Part shown: piece after piece, positions 12,538-23,661 of the stretch
Position numbering within the stretch: position 1 is the stretch's first letter
Layout of the letters: the number at the start of each line of letters is the position of its first letter
DNA from: Leucoraja ocellata
Taxonomy: Eukaryota
Direction: 5' to 3'
NCBI GenBank assembly: GCA_036785375.1
Contig: JAWMAR010000020.1
Location: 9,052,001-9,116,000, forward strand
DNA: 64,000 bases
Position numbers and translations under genes: made by a program
The notes under the pieces: model-generated
What the model saw: only the letters and a program-made list of their open reading frames with translations
Database searches by the model: none
What the model was told of the DNA's origin: nothing

Positions 12538-13055
12538 TTTCCTGGAGACTGGCCCGGAGCTTCAAGCCGCGGAGCCTGGGATCTTTTGCTGAGGATCGCC
12601 AGTGTAGGAGCTGCGACCGCAGGGCCCGTGGACTTTAACACCGTGAAGCAGCGGTCTCCGGTAAGAAGCGGCCGACTCGGGAGCTCCATGCGCGGAGTGT
12701 TCCGATCCGTCCCGACATCGCAGTTTCAATCATCCCGACGAGAGGGCTTGAAAATGGCAAGTGCGGAGGGTACATAGAAAATAGAAAATAGAAAATAGGT
12801 GCAGGAGTAGGCCATTCGGCCCTTCGAGTTTGTACAGTGAACAAAGGAGGAAGGTGACTGAACTTTATTGCCTTCCATTACTGTGAGGAATGTGGATTCC
12901 GCCCTGGTGGATGCTTATGTTAAATTTAATTTTATGTGGCTGAATTGTGTATTGTGTTATTTTTTCTCACTCAGTATGGCTGTATGGTGACTCAAATTTC
13001 ACTGGACCTTAATTGGTACATGTGACAATTAAATTGAATCTTGAATCTTGAATCT
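12538..13055 (+). mobile_element. CpG-rich non-coding retroposed segment with Rex-type tail; contains a minus-strand CR1 tail (about 12771-12828)
   Basis: Shares gaacaaagg..ttgccttccat.ac.gtgagga..ggatg.ttatgt with the reverse complement of 51210-51300; ends gtgacaattaaa(ttgaatc)n. Confidence 0.6.
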
Positions 13056-13129
13056 AGTCATCATGGTTTTGTATGTGGGAGATTGTGTCTCCTTGAATCT
13101 GAATCCTTGAATTATTTTTTTTTAAGTAA

Positions 13130-13455
13130 CCAAGAGAAATGCACAGTCTTTTTTCCAGAGACGGGGAATCAAGAAATAGAGGGCTTTGGTTTAAGGTGAG
13201 ATGGGAAAGATTTAATAGGGACCTGAGGAGCAGCTTTTTCACTCACAGAGTGGTGGGTATATGGAACAAACTACCAGAGGTAGTTGATGCAGGTACGATA
13301 ACAACATTTAAAAGACACTTGGACAGGTACATGGATAGGAGAAGTTTAGAGAAATATGGGCAAACTGCAGGCAAATGGGAGTAGCTTAGATGGGGCATCT
13401 TGGTCGGCATGGGAGAGCTGGGCCGAAGGGCCTGTTTCCGTGCTGCATGACCCTG
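13130..13455 (+). mobile_element. CR1 LINE 3' fragment
   Basis: ORF 13139-13384 FFTHRVVGIWNKLP..FKRHLDRYMD; tail gggccgaagggcctgtttcc shared with the SINE. Confidence 0.9.
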
Positions 13456-14093
13456 TATCTCTGATGTCCACTTCATAATTTTTATCTAAGCACTGGGTTA
13501 GATTTGTTGGCAATTAAATCTCAGAAGAAAAAGTGTATGTACATGATCATAATAAACTGTATTGTGAATCAAGTAAATAAATGGAATAATTTGGTAGAGA
13601 TAAACTTTATATTGCATACAGATTTCATTCAGTGTAAAATGTTATAATTTGCTCATTGTAGAATCAGGAGTGCCCATTGCATTAACTGGCCACTTATTTA
13701 TTGGTATTGATCTTATTGTCGTTTATTGTAGCTATTTGTTTCAGGCACAATAGTCAGAAATAAACGCCACAATGCATTGAAATACTTTGAATCTGCTAAA
13801 AATGTGCATTCAACAACTATCAATTCTGTGGTTTGAACGTTTGAAAAATATCGCATAGTTTACCCTGCCTCCACACTCTTCATAATTTCAGGTCAATGAT
13901 TTGCACCGGCTTCCTGCATCTATTTAAGGCAAAATCTATAATGATCACCCTAATGCAACTGGCCGTGAATAATTCATAAACTTACCTGCTTCACTGGATG
14001 TGTCTGTGCACTTGTACCAGTCGTTCCACATTGAGCTCCTCTCAACAACCGTGTTGCAACTTAACCATTGATTTATGGAGAGGCCTGCGACCT

Positions 14094-14339
14094 NNNNNNN
14101 NNNNNNNNNNNNNNNNNNNNNNNNNNNNNNNNNNNNNNNNNNNNNNNNNNNNNNNNNNNNNNNNNNNNNNNNNNNNNNNNNNNNNNNNNNNNNNNNNNNN
14201 NNNNNNNNNNNNNNNNNNNNNNNNNNNNNNNNNNNNNNNNNNNNNNNNNNNNNNNNNNNNNNNNNNNNNNNNNNNNNNNNNNNNNNNNNNNNNNNNNNNN
14301 NNNNNNNNNNNNNNNNNNNNNNNNNNNNNNNNNNNNNNN
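14094..14339. other. Assembly gap
   Basis: Run of N. Confidence 1.
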
Positions 14340-15464
14340 TACGCTCAATTTGAACAGTTTATATTTCTGATATAAAGGAATAATGCTTTTAATTTGTGGA
14401 CCATCGAACACACTTTCCCTTTATCCAAGGAGAATATTCCTCGTGGAAAATTAATTTGGATGATCTTAACCCTTTCCCTGGGGACAGTAGCCCGCAACAC
14501 ATGTTTCCCTTTAATTTATCTTTAATTGGATCTAATTTGGCAAACCTATGTAGAAGGGACAGATGGTGTAAGAAAAACTGTAACAGTCACGGCAGTGCGG
14601 GGAAAGGTACTGTTTTAAGATTAGAAAGGCAAGTTGTGGAGGTAATTTGGCAGGAGCTTAAATTATGTCGAGCTGCTGGAGTTTCCAATTAGTGAGTGCG
14701 TAGTGCTGCCGTTGGTTAAGGGCTCGCCTATTCTCCCTTTGTGGCATTTATCATGTCCAAGGCCTTACTCTGCCCACAATTCCACCATTCGAGATGTGTT
14801 TTGTACAGAGTCAGTGATGACAAAATCCGTTATGTCTACCTGCGTAATTACATTGCCTACAGTTCCACAGTTACACAAAAACGAGTTGACCCTCAGGACC
14901 CATCAGTTTTACAAATGCATTTTCTTTCCAGTCAAACCAGGAATTTAATGATTTCAATTGCGTGGACCAGATGGAGGAAGCCTGTGATCTTCTCCCTTCT
15001 TTTATCTGCAGATTCTGACTGGATTTTGACCTGCTGCACCTATGTCTATTGTCTTGCTATTTCTCACCACCTGCTACCAGCCCCGTTTTAGCCCCAGAAT
15101 CGTAAATTGGGGATTCTTTGTACTTCTGAAACAGGGTTAATCGTTACCTGCAAAGTATCAGTCAGCAAACCGCTTTTAGGTATTTGGTTTCTCCTCTTTC
15201 TGCTCCGAAATTAATGACCCATGGTGAAGTGTAGTTGTAAGGGCACCAGCTGGCTTCCCTGTCTCTTGACTAAATGTGAATTCCTCCTGTTTGAGCCTAG
15301 ACACTCAGCAGCGAACATCAGGCTGGCTAGAAAATATTCCAACATCAAAGTTTAGCCAAAGGACAATGCAATGAATCCAAAATGCAAATGGTCCATAATA
15401 ATGAATGGAAAAGGGGAATCGGTGTCCAGTTGTGTCATAGCCACAGCTATATTTCCGAAGCAGA

Positions 15465-15752
15465 GCGGCACAGTGGCGCAGCAGTAGAGTTGCTGCCATT
15501 CAGCGCTAGAGACCCGTGTTCGATCCTGACCACGTCTGTATGGAGTTTGTACGTCCTCCCCGTGGGTTTTCTCTGAGATCTCTGGTTTCCTCCCACACTC
15601 CAAAGACGTACAGGTTTGTAGGTTAACTGGCTTGGTATAATTGTGAAATTGTCCCTGGTGTGCCTCCCAATGCGAGGATCCCTGGTCGGCGCCGATTCGA
15701 TGGGCTGAAGGGCCTGTTCCCACGTTGTATCTCTAATCTAAACTAAACTAAA
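15465..15752 (+). mobile_element. HE1/V-SINE
   Basis: A/B boxes, V-domain, CR1-like tail, ctaaa repeats. Confidence 0.93.
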
Positions 15753-15791
15753 AGTATAGCTGTCTGTCAGGAGTTTGTATTTTCTCCCTGT

Positions 15792-16012
15792 GTAAGAAGG
15801 ATCTGCAGAAGCTGGTTTACACCGAAGATAGACACAAGTGCTGTAGTTAACCAGCGGGTCAGACAGCATCTAGAGAGACAAAGGATGGGTCAGAACACTT
15901 CTGCAGACTCACAACTAGTCTGGAAGGGTCTGACCCAAAACGTCACCCATCCTCTTTCTCCAGAGATGCTGCCTGACCCGCTGAGTTACTCCAGCATTTG
16001 GTGTTTATCCTT
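15792..16012. mobile_element. Penelope-derived inverted pair inserted in a V-SINE (15755-16205)
   Basis: Arms are reverse complements around agact-cacaact-agtct; SINE V-domain is split on either side. Confidence 0.75.
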
Positions 16013-16375
16013 TCTTTGTGACCACTCGGTTTTCTCCAGCTGCTCAGGTTTCCTCCCACACTTCAAAGACGTGCAGGTTAATTGGCGTCTGTTAATTGTA
16101 AATTATCCCTAGTGTGTAGGATAGTGCTAGTGTACGGTGTGATCGCTGGTCAGTACGGGCCGAAGGTCCTTTTTCCACGCTGTATCTCTAAAGTCTAAAG
16201 TAAAGTCTAGAGCAGCTCACAAAAGCACTTCATCGGTTCTTTAGGCAGAGTCGCAACAACTGTGGCTCAGCTGCAATCATTGTATCACCCACAATAAACT
16301 TACCGGTAATCATATATTGATCAGGAGAAACTTGTGTTGCTGGAGAATTCATTTTCCGCGCCTTTATTCAATGTC

Positions 16376-16570
16376 CTTTGGCAATCCCCACACACTAACA
16401 CTATCCTACACACTAGGGCCAATTTACAATTTACAAACCTGTACATCTTTGGAGTGTGGGAGGGAACCGGAGCACCCGGGAAAAACCCACGCGGTCACGG
16501 AGAGAACGTACAAACTCCGCACAGACAGCACCCGTAGTCGGGATCGAACCCGGGTCTCTGCCACTGTATA
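16376..16570 (-). mobile_element. V-SINE
   Basis: Reverse-complement V-domain and B-box (gggatcgaacccgggtc). Confidence 0.9.
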
Positions 16571-17094
16571 TAGTGTTATGGTCAGTTAGTCAGCTGATAG
16601 CGTATTTTATAGAACTGATGGTGTCTTGCGAGAACTTAGTGGATGAGACTTATGAAAGGAAAAATGTGTAGAGTTGGCAGCAGAAGTTGAGGATGGAGAG
16701 CAAGAGTAGAGGTGGGTTGTAAAGGTTTCATATTAAGATCGACCAACTCACTAATTGGAGAGCTAGGAATTCACAGACAGCGTTTGCATCAAGTTGCAAA
16801 GCAAATGCCAGAGGCAGCAGAGCAAGGCAGTAAGGCGGACTTGGTGGAGAAGAAATAGTGTCAGCTGGTGGCAGAAAGGAAAAGTATGACATGCAGTATG
16901 TGTATTTCTTTGCAATCGTAGTCTGTGCGAGTGTATCCTGGTCTCATGCAAGAGTGAGATTTGTGATGTTACTGTGAGCTTAATGATGGGCTAGGATTAG
17001 TGGAAGATAGGATGCAGATGTTTAGCATATATTAGAGTGAGCTAGTTGGCTGCAGCTTCCGTTATTTAGTAGATAGCATTGGTGCTGAGTCAGG

Positions 17095-17375
17095 TATTGC
17101 GCGCGGGGACGGACTGTTGAGCCTTCCCGAGGTGTCGTTGGCCCAACTCAACGGAACACCAATGAAGGGAGGTGCCCACTTGATAACCCCAATGATACTC
17201 AACAACGTACCTCGGTGACTGCCAATCACCACCCCCCCCCCCCCCCCCGGACACTTATTATTATTTATTCAAATCGTTTGCTATGTCGCTCTTCAAGGGA
17301 GATGCTAAATGTATTTTTGTTGTCTCTGTACTGTACACTGACAATGACAATTAAAATTGAATCTGAATCTGAATG
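17095..17375 (+). mobile_element. Retroposed 3' tail of Rex type
   Basis: Ends tgacaattaaaa(ttgaatc/tgaatc)n, like the other Rex-type tails. Confidence 0.55.
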
Positions 17376-18289
17376 ATATACTTGCATCTACAGAATAAGT
17401 ATTTTTTAAAGAATTAATTAATGTGTAGGTAGCTGTATTTTTGACATATGGAGTCACTTATTGTAATTTGGTGTATTTAGTTAGATAATACTTTAGTTGT
17501 GGGCTTGGTTTTCTTAGTTAAGCGCTTATCCCAGAGTTATAGCACGAGTACTTTGTGTTTTAATTGTAATCTGCTGCTCCACCATGCTGCCTCAGTTACA
17601 GTGGGAAACTGTTGATTTTGACACAATGCGTTTCTATAGGCTGTGCAATTATCCTGCTTAAAAGAAATACATCCAAAGCTCAGATATTCACCAGCCACTG
17701 CAAGAGCAATAAAAATAGAAATATGCTTTGAATGTTATCACAGTAGCAAATATATTTATAAATGATTCCTTCCTGCGGGACACATTTGTTAGCCTGGCTA
17801 GGGAGACTGAAATTATTATACAGTCTATCACTAAAAATAGAGTAACAATTTGGTTCAATACTATAAGGAAAAAATATAGTCATTTATGAAAACCTTGACA
17901 ACTCAGAACTCGCATTTAAAGGTCCAAGTGCTTAAATGGCTCTGTTCTTTAGAGCCTTTACTCCAGGAGCCACCCAGGGGCAAGTGAAAACATTCTTCCT
18001 TCTGCATTAAATAGCTGTATTTTCAAGTCTCACTCTAGGGCCTTGAGCACAAAATATGCTCTTTAGTTTATTTTTGTTTAGTTTAGAGACACAGTGCAGA
18101 ATCAGGCCCTTCGGCCCTTCGGCCACTGAGACTGTGCCGACCAGCGATCACCCCGTACACTAGCACTATCCTACACACTAGCAACGATTTAAAATGTTGT
18201 TTTTTACCAAAGTATCATTGAATGTTAGAGTAACACAGTGGGACAGGCACCATCTCTGGAGAAAAAGAAAAGGTGACATTTTGGGTCTG

Positions 18290-18434
18290 NNNNNNNNNNN
18301 NNNNNNNNNNNNNNNNNNNNNNNNNNNNNNNNNNNNNNNNNNNNNNNNNNNNNNNNNNNNNNNNNNNNNNNNNNNNNNNNNNNNNNNNNNNNNNNNNNNN
18401 NNNNNNNNNNNNNNNNNNNNNNNNNNNNNNNNNN
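18290..18434. other. Assembly gap
   Basis: Run of N. Confidence 1.
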
Positions 18435-19189
18435 CTTTTTTCTCATTTATTATATAGTTTACAGTGTACTATGCTTACATATTCTGTTGTGCTGCTGCAA
18501 GTAAACATTTAATTGTTCTGCCTGGGACATATGACAGTAAGACAATCTTGACTCTTGACTGTTGACCCGCTGAGTTACTCCAGCATTTTATGTCCATCTT
18601 CATTCTACCAGCAGAGTTGGGAAGGTTTATGAACTAATGCAAACGCCGCAGCATCAACACTTCCCATACCTTTCCAGGAAATACTTTCCAACCAACAGTA
18701 CTTCAGGGAACATCTCATTGTCAACAGTTGGTAAGAGTGATACCTGTTTATCTATCCCAGCTCGAGAAGAAGGGTCTCCACCTGAAAATGTCACCTATTC
18801 CTTTTCTCTAGAGATGATGCCTGACCCCAGAGTTACTCCAGCTTTTTGTGTCTATCCCAGCTCCATTCAGGTTGGGTAACAACTTGCTGCCCTCCCCCAA
18901 ACAATTTTGGCACAAAGTCTTTGTTAAAACATGTTGCACCTTATTAGCTTCCTGCCAGCCGCAAACCTGCCCCACTGTGAGGGAGGAGACAGGAATCCAG
19001 CAGCAGTCTGATGGAATGTATCCATGGCATAGGAAGTGGTTGCGATATTTTAATACGTTCAGAAAAGTGAAGAAGTTCTCGAAGGTCAACTCATGTTTAT
19101 GAAATAAATGCCAGAAAATAAATGCTAAAAAAACAAATTATCTCCTTTCCCATGATTTAAAAAAAAAATCCTGTCCAGTCTCCCTTCTT

Positions 19190-19635
19190 TTATTTAGAGA
19201 TATAGCATAGAAACAGGTCCACAACAACCATCGATCACCCGTTCAGACTCGTTCTAGGTTATCCTGCTTTCTCATTCACTCCCTACACACTTGAGGTAAT
19301 TTATTCCGGCCAATTAACCAACATACCTGCAAATCTTTGGGATGTGGGTGGAAACTGGAGCATCTGGAGAAAATCCACCCAGTCANNNNNNNNNNNNNNN
19401 NNNNNNNNNNNNNNNNNNNNNNNNNNNNNNNNNNNNNNNNNNNNNNNNNNNNNNNNNNNNNNNNNNNNNNNNNNNNNNNNNNNNNNNNNNNNNNNNNNNN
19501 NNNNNNNNNNNNNNNNNNNNNNNNNNNNNNNNNNNNNNNNNNNNNNNNNNNNNNNNNNNNNNNNNNNNNNNNNNNNNNNNNNNNNNNACCTGTGTCTCTG
19601 GCACCATGAGGCAACAACTCTGCCAGCTGCACCTT
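19190..19635 (-). mobile_element. Decayed V-SINE spanning a gap
   Basis: Tail and V-domain lie before the gap; head lies after it. Confidence 0.7.
19386..19587. other. Assembly gap
   Basis: Run of N. Confidence 1.
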
Positions 19636-19639
19636 TGTA

Positions 19640-19830
19640 TATGATGTTTGGTCTGTTTGGCGTGTGAGTGTTTGGTGTTTGAGTGCATTTCTGTGCATGT
19701 GTGTAGTGCGTGATACGTGTGTGTACATTCTGTGACTGTGCGTGTGGTGAGTGTGTATGTATGCATGATGTGCATCTATGTATATGTGCATGATATGTGT
19801 GTGTCTCCGTGTTTGTGTGTATGTGTTTGA
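19640..19830. repeat. Degenerate (TG)n-rich simple repeat
   Basis: gtgtgtatgtatgcatg-type low-complexity tract. Confidence 0.85.
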
Positions 19831-20221
19831 AAATATTGCTAAATCAACTGGTGGTTGAGTTGCTGACTTACAGCACCAGAGGCATGATTTAGATCCTGAC
19901 TGCGGGTGCTGTATTTACAAAGTTTGCACGTTCTCCCCGTGATCATGCGGTTTGCCGTATACGGGCCCACGAGATTGCAGGCAGCAGATTGAGAACGGGC
20001 TGCGTATGTCCCGGTGATTGGTTGAGGACGCACCGCTGAGGGAGACCCGGAGTGGGGCAGCTGCTGAGACAACAAAGAGGAATAATTGGGGAACGATAAT
20101 GAATACTTTTGTAAACTCTGTTGGCGCACAATACTATTTGCATACTCTTTGTATTGTATGCAAAACAAAGAATTTATTGCCACATGCACCCAAGGCAATA
20201 ATGTATCATCATCATCTTGAG

Positions 20222-20570
20222 TTCATAAGTGATAAGAACAGAATTAGGCCATTTGGTCCATCAAGTCTACTCCGCCATTCAATCATGGCTGACCTATCTT
20301 TCCCTCTCAACCCCATTATCCTGCTTTCTTCCCATAACCCCCCCGATACCCGTACTAATCAAGAATCTATCTATCACTGCCTTAAAAAATATCCATTGAT
20401 AGCCTTCTGTGGCAACGAATTCCTCAGATTCACCCTCTGACTAAAGAAATTCCTTCTCATCTCCTTTCCAAAGATACGTCTTTTAATTCTGAGGCTATGG
20501 TCTCTGGTCCTAGACTTTCCCGCCAGTGGAAACATCCTCTCCACATCCACTCCATCCGGGCCTTCATCAC
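20222..20570 (-). mobile_element. CR1 LINE 3' fragment
   Basis: ORF 20374-20598 VDVERMFPLAGKSRTRDHSLRIK..MRRNFFSQRV. Confidence 0.9.
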
Positions 20571-21239
20571 CCAGGCCTCGGATCATCATCGAAGGCATTG
20601 CTTTGTCACCACAGTGCTTTCAAGGGTTAAAGCTGCCTCGATGATGCACGTTCTCCTAATCAGCATCTGCAAGCATCGTGTGGTTTTACTCATTTTCCTA
20701 AGGGGAGCGAAGTCCAGCATTCCCCGAAACTAGTCTCGACTGGTTTGGGCCCAACATTGGCAGCTGGTTATCTTGTCAGGGTGATTTATGATCATGTGTC
20801 ACTACCGCAAATGTAGTAAATTCTTTTTTTCTCCCCCCCCCCCCCCCTCCCTCCCGCCTGCCTCTGCACAAAACAGTGAATTATGAAGATAATAAAGTTT
20901 TAGTGTTGATGGCCCTCACTTGTTGAAGGACAGTGTGCCTTATTTGATCCCCATAATGCCTAAAGTTTTTAGACAACTAAAACAATAGGCCTGTATCTAA
21001 AACTGTAACAAAATAGAATTGAATCTGCCAAGTGGTGTTGATAGATTCATCACCCAGTGTCTTGATGATTTACTGCGGTGACATTAACCTCCCTAGTTTT
21101 GGATGGTTGAAAAACAGTAACCTCTCACCTCCCCCAACCACAGATGGACTCCTCCAGTTACAGGCTTTGCTTGTTTAAATTTAACACCTATCTTCAACTC
21201 CACCTCATGGTTAAGCGCAGCTCTCTTAGTGGTCAGGAA

Positions 21240-21615
21240 GGTCATAGAGTCTTACAGCATGGAAACAGGCCCTTCGGCCCAACTTGTCCACATCAGCCAA
21301 CATGTCCCATCTACACATGTCCCACCTGCCTGTGTTTGGCCCATATCCCTCTAAACCAGTCCTATCCATGTACTTGCCCAAAAGTTTCTTAAACGTTGGG
21401 ATAGTCCCAGCCTCAACTACCTCCTCTGGCAACTTATTCCATACACCCACCACCTTCTGTGTGAAAATGTTACCCCTCGGATTCCTATTAAATCGACCCC
21501 CCCCCCCTCACTTTAAATCTCTATCCTCTGGTTCTTGATTCCCCGACTGGGCACGAGACTCTGTGTGTCTACCCGAACCTATCTCCATCATGATCTTGGA
21601 CACCTCCATAAGATC
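21240..21615 (-). mobile_element. CR1 LINE 3' fragment
   Basis: VGVWNKLPEEVVEAGTI.TFKK.L motif and tail. Confidence 0.9.
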
Positions 21616-21927
21616 AAGGTGTGACATTGCAGGGAGGTTTTATTTACCTGATGCTGGCAGACATCACCAGCGCAAGTTCCTGATTTTCCTTTGGGAGCCG
21701 GCAAGACGTATTATAACAAGGCCAGATAAAGAAAGGCAACCAAATGATAATTACTGCAGGGAATTAACTTGTAATGAGGCAGTCGTGAATTCTACGCTGG
21801 ATTACGGGGACAGAGAGCTAATTGAAGTATAAAGCAATAACTAAGTGCTTTAATAAGTTCAGAGTTCCCTGCTCTGCTATGAAATTTGCTGAATCAATGA
21901 TGGGAATTCTCAAAACCCTGTAGCAAA

Positions 21928-22460
21928 CAAAGGCCTGGATTGGGTGAAGGCCTGGATAGTGAACGGCCTGGATAGAGTGGATGTGGAGAGGATGTTTCCA
22001 CTAGTGGGAGATTCTAGGATCAGAGGTCATAATCTCGGGATTAAAGGTCGTTCCTGTAGGAAGGAGATGAGGAGGAATTTCTTTGTCAGAAAGTGGTGAA
22101 TCTGTGCAATTCATTGCCACAGAAGATTGTGGAGGCTGTCAATAGATATTTTTAAGACAGAGATAGATAGTTTCTTGATTAGAACAGGTGTCAGGGGTTA
22201 TGGGGAGAAGGCAGTAGAATGGGTAGGAAAGAACTGCAGATGCTGGTTTAAATCGAAGGTAGACACAAAATGCTGGAGTAACTCAATGGGACAGACAGCA
22301 TCTTAGGAGAGAAGTGGTGACGTTTCGGGTCGAGACCGTTCTTCAGGCTGAAGTCGGGGAATGGGTTGGGAGAGAAAGATAGTTCAGCATGATTGAATGA
22401 TGGAGTAGACTTGATGGGCAGAATGGCTTAATTCTGCTCCTATCACTTATGATCTTATGA
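21928..22460 (+). mobile_element. CR1 LINE 3' fragment interrupted by a Penelope short unit (22225-22358)
   Basis: GLDRVDVERMFPLVG..SR.RGH coding remnant and tail; insertion flanked by GAATGGGT duplication. Confidence 0.88.
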
Positions 22461-22489
22461 ACAGCTAACTCGCTGAGTTTCACTGTCTG

Positions 22490-22765
22490 CATAACTCGTT
22501 AACACCTAGCCCACAGCCAACAATGGACCATTGTGGGCTCCACCTTTCCTTGATCGTCATAAGTTTTTTGCAAATCTTTCATTGACTTGATCATCGTCTA
22601 TATCTCTCGTTTCTCTTTCCCCTGAATCTCAGTCTGAAGAAGGGTCTCGACCTGAAACATCACTTATTCCTTATCTCCGGAGATGCTGCCTGACCAGTTG
22701 AATTACTCCATCTTTTTGTGTCAATCTTCGGTTTAAAGCAGCATCTGCAGTTCCTTCCGACACAC
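22490..22765 (+). mobile_element. Penelope-like 3' UTR with hammerhead-motif unit
   Basis: agtctgaagaagggtctcgacctgaaacatc; upstream UTR matches the reverse complement of 35300-35420. Confidence 0.85.
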
Positions 22766-23254
22766 ATCAGAACATTTATTTTACACAAATATATTTCCTC
22801 TTCTTTTAGAAACCATTGGCAGGGTTCAGTTTGGTTTTAGAGGTACCAAAGGCAAGATTAAAAAATATATATATCCTGAGAGTTATTGGGATTATTTTTC
22901 CTCTTGGATTTTAATGGCAAAACACAGATTGCCACGCCTCTGCACTAGGAGTGCCTTCTGAAGGTATTTTGGCACAGGCACATCAGGGAAATGTTACAAG
23001 TTAGATTTACGAGTAGGAAGAGTGAGACGGAGTGTAAAACCCGTTTCAACATATGGAGGTGAGGTTTTTTTATCCTCTCCCACTCTCGCGGGCTAAGTGT
23101 AGCAAAATCGTAAACGCACTTATAAAGGACGGGTTTACGATTTCACTAAACTCAGAGCTTAGAGCAAATCTTTCCCCGCGGAGCTGTGTTTACTTTGCAG
23201 AGTGAGGAGTCGGCAAAGTACACACTTTTGAAAAGGAAAATGAGCAAACCCTCT

Positions 23255-23433
23255 TGTAAGGAGGAACTGCAGGTGCTGGTTTACACCGAAGACAGACACG
23301 AAATGCTGGAGTAACTCAGCGGGACAGGCAGCATCTCTGGAGAGAAAGGATGGGTGATGTTTCGGGACGAGACCCTTCTCTCCAGAGATGCTGCCCGTCC
23401 CGCTGAGTTACTCCAACAATTTGTGTCTAACTT
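23255..23433. mobile_element. Penelope-derived inverted pair with central deletion, 12-bp TSD
   Basis: Arms are reverse complements; TGAGCAAACCCT at 23241-23252 and 23434-23445. Confidence 0.85.
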
Positions 23434-23447
23434 TGAGCAAACCCTGC

Positions 23448-23661
23448 AGGGCCTGTCCCATTTGCGCGTCATTTACGCGACATCGTTTAGGCGTCACGAC
23501 ACACGTGTGACGTGCGCATGGCATGCATTACGCACGCATGGCACGTGGTGACGTAGGCAGTGGCGCGCGGTAGTACGAGGCGCTCCAGGATTTTGGGATT
23601 CTCAAAATCATCGCTCGCCACCTGCATGATGCGCAAATAACGCCCAAGTGGGACAGGCCCT
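23448..23661. mobile_element. PIF/Harbinger-type MITE (family A)
   Basis: TIRs agggcctgtccca / tgggacaggccct; same family as 43139-43331 in its core. Confidence 0.85.

Noticed and set aside
13998-14411. Long ORFs spanning N runs (also 18194-18512 and 19276-19791)
   Set aside because: Artefacts of assembly gaps
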